Sequence record: SRR2962707_2324
Length of the DNA stretch: 41,796 bases
Reading direction: 5' to 3' (one strand)
This document shows, piece by piece, positions 1 to 8,065 of this stretch. Each line of letters starts with the position of its first letter. The first letter of the stretch is position 1. The translations under genes and the position numbers were made by a program. The notes beneath the pieces were generated by a model, which worked only from the letters and a program-made list of their open reading frames with translations, had not been told where the DNA came from and did not search any database.

Positions 1-2254
1 CTTTTTCATCTACCTCTGGGTGCAGGATGAATTCGCCATTAACAAGTTCCATGAAAAAGATGATCGCCTGTTTCGTGTGATGGAATTTCAGACCTATTCC
101 AATGAAACATTCGCTACCAATTCTACCCCGGGAATTTTGGGTGAAAACCTCAAAAAGGACTTTCCTGATATTCAGTATGCTGCAACAACGACTTGGGTAA
201 ATAAGTCATTGCTTTCACATGAAGACACCTATTTCAAGGAGGATGGCTACTCAGTAGGCTCGGATTTCTTCAACATATTCACCTATCCACTATTGGCAGG
301 TGATCCGGACAATGTACTCCTAGACAAAACATCCATCTGTATCTCCAGGCGACTGGCAAATAAATTCTTCGGAAGCGTTGACAATGCCATTGGCAAAACG
401 CTTAGATATGAAGAAGATAGAAATTTCATTGTTTCAGGAGTATTTGAAAATATCAACCCTAAGTCGACTTATCAATTTGATTTCGTATTGCCACTTGAAG
501 ATTGGCTAGATAGAAACGACTGGGCTAAGGATTGGGGAAATAACGGTCCTCACACCTATGTAATCATTCAAGAAGGAGCTCAACAGGATGCCGTAACAGA
601 AAAAATTGCCGGCTATATCAAAACAAAAGACGATGACAGCCATGTGGAATTGTTTCTTAAAAAATACTCGGAGCAATACCTGTATGGCAAATACACCAAT
701 GGGGAATTGGACGGTGGACGAATTGATTATGTGAGGTTGTTTTCCATCATAGCTATTTTCATCATGGTCATCGCATGCATCAATTTCATGAATCTTTCAA
801 CTGCCCGAGCATCAAAAAGGGCGCATGAAGTGGGTGTAAGAAAAGCCATAGGTGCGGACAGAGGTACCTTAATAAGACAATACATCGGGGAAGCCATTCT
901 GATCTCTTTGTTTTCAATGATCTTGTCTTACATGGTTGTTTTGCTCTTTCTTAATCAATTCAATGAAATCACAGACAAAACAATTGAACTGACTTTATCC
1001 AGTGAGCTGATTTTGGTTGGTATTGCGACGGTACTCATCACTGGTATACTTGCCGGAAGCTATCCCGCGCTTTACCTCACACATTTCAATCCGGTGCAAG
1101 TGCTAAAAGGAGAAATTAAGAGTTCAGCAGGTGAAATTTGGGCACGAAAAGGGTTGGTTATTTTTCAGTTTACCATTACGATCATACTTATTGTAGGAGT
1201 AATTGTGATACATAAGCAGACGCAATATGCGTTCACCAAAAACCTGGGTTATGATCAGGATAATGTTGTCTTCTTCAGTCAGGATGGTGGCATAACCGAA
1301 AGCAGGGAAACTTTCTTTACAGAATTGAGAAAAGTTCCCGGAGTAGCAAGTGCCGCTGGGACCAGCCACAGCATGGTATTCCAGCAAAGCAACACAACAG
1401 GATTGAAATGGGAAGGCAAATCACCCGAAGAGCGAATTCTTTTTGAAAACATCCGTGTGGATTACGAATTCTATGAAACCATGGGCTTTGAATTAGCTAC
1501 AGGAAGATGGTTTAGCAGGGAATTCGGTGCTGATAGTATGAAAATGGTTATTAACGAGGCAGCTGCCAATGTGATGGGATTCACTGCTGAGGAGGCTGTG
1601 GGACAGAAAATTAAGCTCTGGGACCAATACGACATGGAGATCGTAGGAGTACTTAAAGACTTTCACTACATGTCCATTCACAGAGAAGTAGATCCTGCTT
1701 TCTTTTGGCTGAGAGGCACTTATAATGTGGCTGTGCGCCTGGAGGCAGGCAAAGAAGTACCAACCATGACAGCCATTGAAGACTTGTATCATAAATTTGC
1801 GCCTGGCTTTATTTTCGAATATGAATTCCTTGACAAGCGATACCAACGGCTTTATGAATCAGAGCAGAAAATTGGTACCCTTTCCTCCTATTTCGCTGGC
1901 TTTGCAATCTTAATCTCATGCCTGGGATTATTCGGATTAGCAGCTTTCACTGCTGAAAGAAGAATCAAAGAAATTGGCATTAGAAAAGTATTAGGTGCTA
2001 CCACTTCGAATATTGTGATGATGCTATCTACAGATTTCACCAAATTGGTTGGAATATCCATTGTTATTGCCATGCCTATCTCCTACTATTTCATGAGTAA
2101 ATGGCTGGAAAGTTTTGCCTATAAAATCGATTTAAGCATCTGGATATTTCTCGGATCCGCTATCGTCTCTCTTATGATCGCATGGCTCACAGTAAGCTCG
2201 CAGGCTCTAAGAGCTGCGAGCGTGAATCCAGCCAAATGTTTGAAGGATGAATGA
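1..2254 (+). CDS. MacB/FtsX-family duplicated ABC transporter permease, 5'-truncated by window edge
   Basis: Frame is open from base 2 (FFIYLWVQDE...). Motifs ACINFMNLSTARA..RAHEVGVRKAIGA and LGLFGLAAFTAERRIKEIGIRKVLGA; C-terminal NPAKCLKDE; two FtsX repeats. Confidence 0.93.
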   Translation, partial: FFIYLWVQDEFAINKFHEKDDRLFRVMEFQTYSNETFATNSTPGILGENLKKDFPDIQYAATTTWVNKSLLSHEDTYFKEDGYSVGSDFFNIFTYPLLAGDPDNVLLDKTSICISRRLANKFFGSVDNAIGKTLRYEEDRNFIVSGVFENINPKSTYQFDFVLPLEDWLDRNDWAKDWGNNGPHTYVIIQEGAQQDAVTEKIAGYIKTKDDDSHVELFLKKYSEQYLYGKYTNGELDGGRIDYVRLFSIIAIFIMVIACINFMNLSTARASKRAHEVGVRKAIGADRGTLIRQYIGEAILISLFSMILSYMVVLLFLNQFNEITDKTIELTLSSELILVGIATVLITGILAGSYPALYLTHFNPVQVLKGEIKSSAGEIWARKGLVIFQFTITIILIVGVIVIHKQTQYAFTKNLGYDQDNVVFFSQDGGITESRETFFTELRKVPGVASAAGTSHSMVFQQSNTTGLKWEGKSPEERILFENIRVDYEFYETMGFELATGRWFSREFGADSMKMVINEAAANVMGFTAEEAVGQKIKLWDQYDMEIVGVLKDFHYMSIHREVDPAFFWLRGTYNVAVRLEAGKEVPTMTAIEDLYHKFAPGFIFEYEFLDKRYQRLYESEQKIGTLSSYFAGFAILISCLGLFGLAAFTAERRIKEIGIRKVLGATTSNIVMMLSTDFTKLVGISIVIAMPISYYFMSKWLESFAYKIDLSIWIFLGSAIVSLMIAWLTVSSQALRAASVNPAKCLKDE

Positions 2255-2255
2255 T

Positions 2256-3062
2256 TTATGAGTGGAGATGATCAATGAAAGTATCCCTCACCTTTTTGGT
2301 AAGAGCACCTATTTGACCATTTCTGACATTCTTCCCATCAACATGCACGATGGGAAGCACTTCTTTCAATGTACTTGAGATGAAGACCTCATCTGCCTCA
2401 TTGAAACCTTTTAAACTGACATCAGTAACTTCAATGGAAGCTATGTCTTTGCATACTTTAAGTAGATGCTTTCTGGTAATTCCTTCTAAAATGTTGTCCT
2501 TAGGCGTCCGGATCACGCCATCTTTCACGATGAACACATTACTTCGGGAAGCTTCGCTGATTTGGCCTTCGTGATGGTAAATAGCATCAACAGCTGAATA
2601 TTTCATTTTCTTCCGATGCAGGTGATTGCTGGTCAAATAATTAATGGACTTAATTTCTGGATACTCTCGGATGTATTCATGAAGGATCACACCCGCAGAA
2701 GGTGGATTTTTGAATTGAGACATGTCCGAGTTGGTAATATAAAATAGTGGTTTCAATGTAGGTTCTGATTCACTACCATCACCTAAGAGCATCAGTCGGA
2801 AGGTAGATTCTTTGAATCCATTCCATTCCTGTAATCCAGCTACTGCATCACGGATCTCATCCTTTGAAATGGACCGATCCAATCCCAAAAATCCTTGTGA
2901 ACGATCAAATCTATCCAAGTGATCTTCCATAAATACAGGTTTTCCATTCCGCCCCCGGAAAAGGTCGAAGATCCCAAATCCCCTTTGAAGGCCAAGGTTG
3001 TGAATGGAAATTGAAGCTTTGGTCTCTTCAATCAACGCTCCGTCAAAATAACAATATGGCAT
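2256..3062 (-). CDS. PLP-dependent aminotransferase class IV (BCAT/D-amino acid aminotransferase/ADC-lyase family)
   Basis: Motifs EDHLDRF, IKSINY (catalytic Lys), EASRSNVF, ILEGITR, FISST. ATG at 3062 (MPYCYFDG) preferred over the ORF-track start at 3083. Confidence 0.88.
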   Translation of the reverse strand: MPYCYFDGALIEETKASISIHNLGLQRGFGIFDLFRGRNGKPVFMEDHLDRFDRSQGFLGLDRSISKDEIRDAVAGLQEWNGFKESTFRLMLLGDGSESEPTLKPLFYITNSDMSQFKNPPSAGVILHEYIREYPEIKSINYLTSNHLHRKKMKYSAVDAIYHHEGQISEASRSNVFIVKDGVIRTPKDNILEGITRKHLLKVCKDIASIEVTDVSLKGFNEADEVFISSTLKEVLPIVHVDGKNVRNGQIGALTKKVRDTFIDHLHS

Positions 3063-3121
3063 GATAAAATTTAGATGGCTCAAATTAAGTGTCTTTCTTC
3101 CATTTTCATTTACTTGGCAAG

Positions 3122-4327
3122 GTGAAAATTATCGTCATCGGAGGTGGAGCTGCCGGATTCTTTACAGCCATCAACATTGCTGAAAAGCATCCTGACTATG
3201 AGGTAACGATACTTGAGAAAACGAGCAAGATCTTGCAGAAGGTGAAAGTTTCCGGAGGGGGACGATGCAATGTCACCAATGCACGAACCAATCCCTCTGA
3301 ACTAGTACCCTTCTATCCACGCGGCAGTAAAAAGCTGCATTCGGTATTCAAGCAATTCTCAACCAATGATATGGTGGCATGGCTAGAACGGCATGGTGTC
3401 CAAACCAAACAAGAAACAGACCTCCGAATGTTTCCAATTACAGATTCTTCACAAACCATCATTGACTGTTTTCAGGCATTAATAAATAGGTTAGGAATCA
3501 AAGTAGTTTTAAATACCTCATTATCAGCTATTAATGCAAAATCAAATAAATGGATTATTCAATCCAATAACGGGGAATTTGAAGCAGATAAAATAGTCAT
3601 TGCGACTGGCTCATCACCTGCTATGTGGAAAGTATTGGAAAAGTTTGGTTTGGAAATTACAGACATTGTTCCCTCACTTTTCACTTTTAATATCAAAGAC
3701 AAACGGCTAGCAGACCTGCAAGGCATTTCATTCGAAAATGCAAGTGTTAAAATTGCAGGAAGCAAGCTGATAGAAGATGGCCCTTTACTGATCACGCATT
3801 GGGGACTAAGTGGACCAGCCATCCTGAAACTGTCCTCCTGGGGAGCTTACGAGTTGAACCAGAAAGATTACGCTTTTAACGTCATGGTCAACTTTCTTGG
3901 AGAGATGAAAGCGGATGATGCCAGGATTCAGCTGCAACAATACAAACAAGCGAATCCCACCAGGAAGGTAGTCAACTATCCCCTCTTCGATCTTCCTAAA
4001 CGTTTCTGGGAGCGAATGACTTCATTTTGCGATATCACTCCCCAAACACCTTTTGGAGAGCTGTCCAAAAAGCAACTCAACAAACTGGTGGAGGAGCTCT
4101 GTCAGGGAATGTACGAAGTAACTGGCAAGAGTACATTCAAAGATGAGTTTGTGACTGCAGGTGGCGTTAAGCTGTCGGAGATCAACCTGGATACTTTCGA
4201 GTGCAAACGTTTCCCTGGTCTTTACCTCGCAGGTGAAGTATTAGACATTGATGCGCTTACTGGTGGCTTTAACTTTCAGGCTTGTTGGAGTGCAGGTTGG
4301 GTGATTTCGGAGAGTTTGAGTAGCTGA
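3122..4327 (+). CDS. HI0933/YhiN(BaiN)-family NAD(P)/FAD-dependent oxidoreductase
   Basis: Motifs VIGGGAAG, KVKVSGGGRCNVTN, LITHWGLSGPAIL, VTAGGV, GEVLDIDALTGGFNFQACWS. GTG at 3122 is the likely start. Confidence 0.92.
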   Translation: MKIIVIGGGAAGFFTAINIAEKHPDYEVTILEKTSKILQKVKVSGGGRCNVTNARTNPSELVPFYPRGSKKLHSVFKQFSTNDMVAWLERHGVQTKQETDLRMFPITDSSQTIIDCFQALINRLGIKVVLNTSLSAINAKSNKWIIQSNNGEFEADKIVIATGSSPAMWKVLEKFGLEITDIVPSLFTFNIKDKRLADLQGISFENASVKIAGSKLIEDGPLLITHWGLSGPAILKLSSWGAYELNQKDYAFNVMVNFLGEMKADDARIQLQQYKQANPTRKVVNYPLFDLPKRFWERMTSFCDITPQTPFGELSKKQLNKLVEELCQGMYEVTGKSTFKDEFVTAGGVKLSEINLDTFECKRFPGLYLAGEVLDIDALTGGFNFQACWSAGWVISESLSS

Positions 4328-4330
4328 GCA

Positions 4331-5248
4331 ATGGCATTTTTTGAAAAGGAAACACAAACCGATTATATAGGACGACTCAATAGGGTCTTTCAGTTTATTG
4401 ATGAAAACCTAAACTCAAAATTATCATTGGCTTCAGCTGCCGAGAAAGCTCATTTCTCTCCTTTTCACTTCCATAGAATTTTCAAATTGCTTACTGGGGA
4501 AACATTAAATGAATTTGTGACAAGACGAAGAATAGAAAAGTCTGTCATCGATATCCTCCACAAAAAGAAAAGTATTTCAGAAATTTCACATACCTACGGA
4601 TTCAGTGATAATGCAGCGTTCACAAAGGCATTCAAAAAATATTACGGAGTAAGTCCTACAAAATTTAAAACCCAAAATCCGAACAAATACTCCAAAATCA
4701 GACAGCTAAACAGCAAGATCGGACAAAAATATCCTGATATAGACGAATATGTTTGCCTCATTAATAACCTAAAAAAATGGATCAAGATGAAAGCAAATAT
4801 TGAAGTCAAAGTATTACCGGAACAAACCTATTTATACATTACATGTATTGGACCTCATGAACTGCCGATAGCATTTCAAAGCCTGCTCTCATGGGCTATT
4901 CCAAATGGTGTCATGACTGAAAATAACAGACTAATGACCGTCTATCAAGACAGTCTTAAGGTTACCGAAGAAGACAAAGCAAGATTTAAAGCATGCCTCC
5001 AAATTGATGGAGAATGTACTGTTAAAAGTGAATTCCAAACAGCCAAAATTCCTGCAGGAAAATATGTGGTTGGTAAATTCGAAATAAGCCTGGATGATTT
5101 TGAGAAATCCTGGACAGGCCTGTACGTATGGATGAATGAAAATAATTACCTAAAAGCTAATAGAGAATCATTTGAAATTTATCATAACAACTTCCATGAG
5201 CATCCTGAAAATAAAGCTATTGTTGATTTCTGTATTCCAATTAAATGA
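4331..5248 (+). CDS. AraC-family transcriptional regulator with C-terminal GyrI-like effector-binding domain
   Basis: N-terminal AraC HTH (AHFSPFHFHRIFK..GET; YGFSDNAAFTKAFKKYYGVSPT). C-terminal IPAGKYVV, FEIYHNN, VDFCIPIK. Confidence 0.9.
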   Translation: MAFFEKETQTDYIGRLNRVFQFIDENLNSKLSLASAAEKAHFSPFHFHRIFKLLTGETLNEFVTRRRIEKSVIDILHKKKSISEISHTYGFSDNAAFTKAFKKYYGVSPTKFKTQNPNKYSKIRQLNSKIGQKYPDIDEYVCLINNLKKWIKMKANIEVKVLPEQTYLYITCIGPHELPIAFQSLLSWAIPNGVMTENNRLMTVYQDSLKVTEEDKARFKACLQIDGECTVKSEFQTAKIPAGKYVVGKFEISLDDFEKSWTGLYVWMNENNYLKANRESFEIYHNNFHEHPENKAIVDFCIPIK

Positions 5249-5374
5249 AGTGAAGAGCAAATCAAATGCCCAATCAACTTTCAGACTTGTGGGGCACGGG
5301 CGTGTGATTTCGGAAGGTGATTGAGGCAGAAACGGTATATTTAATTCCACGTATACTATCCAGCTCAGGAATAG

Positions 5375-6544
5375 ATGAAAGTGCATTACGCTAATAAATT
5401 TCGTAAAATCTCCATTGCTATTAATTGCTGCGTTCTCATCTGTATTTTCATGTCAAGCGTTCTAGTACCTTCAAAGACATGTGCTCAAAAGTCTAATTCT
5501 CTGACTTTTTCTGATTCTGATTTTACCCTGGATATTTATAGACGCAAATCAGAACTATACCATCTTCCAAATGTGTTTGTGAGACTTGACCAAGCGATAG
5601 AAGACTGCACCAAGCTTGAAATAACATTCTCAAGCAGTAGTAAGACCCATCTGAATCTTATTTCGGAGATTCTTTGTGGAAAAACCGTTTCAATTGGACG
5701 TAATCATATTGATCAACCATTATTCCAATACTGGTCTCACCATTCACCTACACTGTACACATTGAATATACTGGCTTCAAATCCAGAAAAAAATTTGTAC
5801 GACAAAAGGATTCAAGTCGGTATTGTGGACTATCGAATACAAGACAATGAGCTGGTAATAAATAATAATAATATCGTACTCAAATCATTGAAGATCAATC
5901 ATTTAAAAGATAGCACTGAGATATTAGCTTTTAAAAAGCACCATGTTAACACCCTGATATTCAATTATATCCCAGACCAACACTTGGTTGAATTCATTGA
6001 TAAACTTGGTCTATATGTCATACTGGACTTAAGAGAAGAAAACATACCGGATTTAGAAACCCGCCTAATTAAACTTAAAAACCATCCGAGTATTTCCTGC
6101 TTCCTGCTTAATGATAAGAATTTAACAAACGAATTCTTTAGCAGGCACTTTCCAAGTATTCCGGTTACTACTTCTTTTCCGAAAAATTCTCTTACCCTTT
6201 CATTGAATCAACACTCACTAAACCAAATTCGTACCATCTTTCAGCCTTTCGAAATGACTGCATATTCCCTTTGTCACGAAGAACAAGAAGGGCTCCTCAT
6301 TTCTCTAAAAAGCAAAGATGATTTTGATGGCTGGAAAAGCACACAACTTAAATGTGTAGTAAGTAATGAATGGATCGGGTATAATGAATTGCTTACCATA
6401 ACCCACAATAAAAACATTGACCTTTTATTTAACATTCCCTGTTCCTTCATCGAAACGACCAACTACAATTTAAGTGTCGTTGCAGATTCAGCTTTCTCCG
6501 TTTTTGATGTAGCTGATACTGTGGCAATTTTTGAGAAGAGGTGA
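5375..6544 (+). CDS. Hypothetical protein with degenerate glycoside hydrolase family 2 (beta-galactosidase-like) segments
   Basis: WSHHSPTLYTL, QVGIVDYRIQDNELVIN, KKHHVNT, DKLGLYVILD and KNHPSI occur in GH2 order. Hydrophobic N-terminal segment. Start uncertain. Confidence 0.65.
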   Translation: MKVHYANKFRKISIAINCCVLICIFMSSVLVPSKTCAQKSNSLTFSDSDFTLDIYRRKSELYHLPNVFVRLDQAIEDCTKLEITFSSSSKTHLNLISEILCGKTVSIGRNHIDQPLFQYWSHHSPTLYTLNILASNPEKNLYDKRIQVGIVDYRIQDNELVINNNNIVLKSLKINHLKDSTEILAFKKHHVNTLIFNYIPDQHLVEFIDKLGLYVILDLREENIPDLETRLIKLKNHPSISCFLLNDKNLTNEFFSRHFPSIPVTTSFPKNSLTLSLNQHSLNQIRTIFQPFEMTAYSLCHEEQEGLLISLKSKDDFDGWKSTQLKCVVSNEWIGYNELLTITHNKNIDLLFNIPCSFIETTNYNLSVVADSAFSVFDVADTVAIFEKR

Positions 6545-6662
6545 ATTTGGATTGATTCAACTTCCAGGCATGCTGGAGTGTCTTTTAAATTGTTTCAGTG
6601 CTAATACTTTAGTGGTCTTGAATAAGGGTTCATAAGTGGCTGAACTATCAAAAACCAAACCC

Positions 6663-7292
6663 TCACCCCAACAAATACCCCACCCCACTTGGCTGATACA
6701 ACAACCACCCAGTGAGACTATATCTGCCTACCTGTGTTTTCATCACCTCGTGAGGAACCTCAGCACTCTTGAACATCACACAACGCGCAGATATGGGATC
6801 TACTAAAATCTCATCTCCATTTTTGTAAATCTTCAACTCACCTCCATCTCCTTGTTGCCACCCTTCATTCAAATAAATCACAACAGAAATCATCCGATTG
6901 CTTCGGTCCTTGAATTGATCAACATGCTTTTTGTAAAATGTCCCTGAAGGATAGTGCGCCAGATGGAATTCATATCCGGATAAACTCAGGTAGCAATACC
7001 GGTTGAGGATGGCGACTGTCTCCTCGATAAGTCCAAATGCATCAGCCAGTTCCGTATCCCTTTTTTTGTCAATCCAAAAGGTGAAGTCCCCGCGGATGGT
7101 TGTGTCCAATTGATTGTTGAACACGGAACCTAGACCAGCCCGATGGAATTCGTCTTCTTCCAGTTTTTGGAGAAAAAAGGCTCTTACCTGCTGATACAGA
7201 TCGGCAGAAAGAAAGTTATCGATGACCACAAAATCATTTTCAGAGAGCGCATCAACCCAGTTGAGCCATTTCTCATCTTCGTAATATGCCAA
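6663..7292 (-). CDS. 2OG-Fe(II) oxygenase, prolyl-hydroxylase (EGLN/SM-20)-like
   Basis: Motifs IRGD, YKKHVDQF (HxD), VIYLNEGW..GDGGEL, VPHEV, RYSLTGW. TTG start. Confidence 0.9.
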   Translation of the reverse strand: MAYYEDEKWLNWVDALSENDFVVIDNFLSADLYQQVRAFFLQKLEEDEFHRAGLGSVFNNQLDTTIRGDFTFWIDKKRDTELADAFGLIEETVAILNRYCYLSLSGYEFHLAHYPSGTFYKKHVDQFKDRSNRMISVVIYLNEGWQQGDGGELKIYKNGDEILVDPISARCVMFKSAEVPHEVMKTQVGRYSLTGWLLYQPSGVGYLLG

Positions 7293-7337
7293 TGTTCAAG
7301 AAAAAGTGAGCGAAAGTAGTCGATTCGTCTGAATTTG

Positions 7338-7547
7338 CTACCTGATTTCAACAACTTCACCATCCAATTCCACCTTGTCCCCTTTTCTAAGCTTCTTTCT
7401 TCGCTGTTTTTCTACCTGACCATTAACCATCACCAATCCCTCATCGATCAGTTGCTTAGCTTCTCCTCCACTACCTGCTAATTGCATGATTTTCAACAAC
7501 TTATTGAGTTCAATGAAGTCGTGTCCTTCCAGTTCAAATGATTGCAT
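7338..7547 (-). CDS. S4-domain RNA-binding protein (YbcJ/YaaA family)
   Basis: FIELNKLLK..SGGEAK..I.EG.V.VNG.VE..RRKKLR.GD. Confidence 0.92.
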   Translation of the reverse strand: MQSFELEGHDFIELNKLLKIMQLAGSGGEAKQLIDEGLVMVNGQVEKQRRKKLRKGDKVELDGEVVEIR

Positions 7548-7551
7548 CTGG

Positions 7552-7559
7552 CAAAGCTA
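7552..7559 (-). promoter_or_regulatory. Bacteroidota primary-sigma -7 element (TAGCTTTG) for the S4 gene
   Basis: Exact TAnnTTTG match on the minus strand, 4 nt before the ATG. Confidence 0.6.
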
Positions 7560-7655
7560 ATTCAACATTGATTAAGATTATTTCTTAAAAATAGAAACAT
7601 ATCTGTAACCTTACCGTTCTTGATATCATCTTAAAAACAGAAAGTAATATTGGAG

Positions 7656-7680
7656 GATGCTGAAACAAGTTCAGTATGAC
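7656..7680. repeat. REP-like palindromic element GATGCTGAAACAAGTTCAGTATGAC
   Basis: Imperfect stem ATGCTGAA/TTCAGTAT. Resembles the GTCATGCTGAACTTGTTTCAGCATC-type intergenic repeat I recall from Bacteroidota genomes. Single copy here. Confidence 0.5.
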
Positions 7681-7738
7681 TTGACTACAAAATTCAATTT
7701 TGTCAGCTAAGCGCAGCATTTCCAAACATCAAACGATT

Positions 7739-8065
7739 ATGAAAGGATACCTGGGAGAATTTGAAGAATTGGTGTTACTCACCATTGCCAACCTGGCCGA
7801 TGAGGCCTATGGTGTGGCCATCTTAAATGACATTACCGAAAGGGCCAATCGCAAACTGAGCATTGGTGCTTTACACTCTACACTAACACGGCTGGAGGAA
7901 AAAGGATACATCACCTCTTACCTTGGCGAACCCACCAACGAGCGTGGTGGAAGGAGAAAACGCTATTTCGAGCTAACCTCAGAGGCAGTCACCGCACTTG
8001 GTGACATGAAAGCACTGCGGGATGAATTGTGGGCCAACGCAAAAGTGAACCTGGCTACCAAATGA
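7739..8065 (+). CDS. PadR-family transcriptional regulator
   Basis: MKGYLGEFEELVLL..AYGVAI..SIGALHSTLTRLEEKGY..GGRRKRYF. Stop overlaps the next ATG (ATGA 8062-8065). Confidence 0.93.
   Translation: MKGYLGEFEELVLLTIANLADEAYGVAILNDITERANRKLSIGALHSTLTRLEEKGYITSYLGEPTNERGGRRKRYFELTSEAVTALGDMKALRDELWANAKVNLATK

Noticed and set aside
3481-3700. AT-rich patch inside the HI0933-family gene (15/60 GC at 3481-3540), suggesting mosaicism
   Set aside because: Frame is intact and the patch encodes an Asn/Lys/Ile-rich variable segment; no boundary repeats seen.
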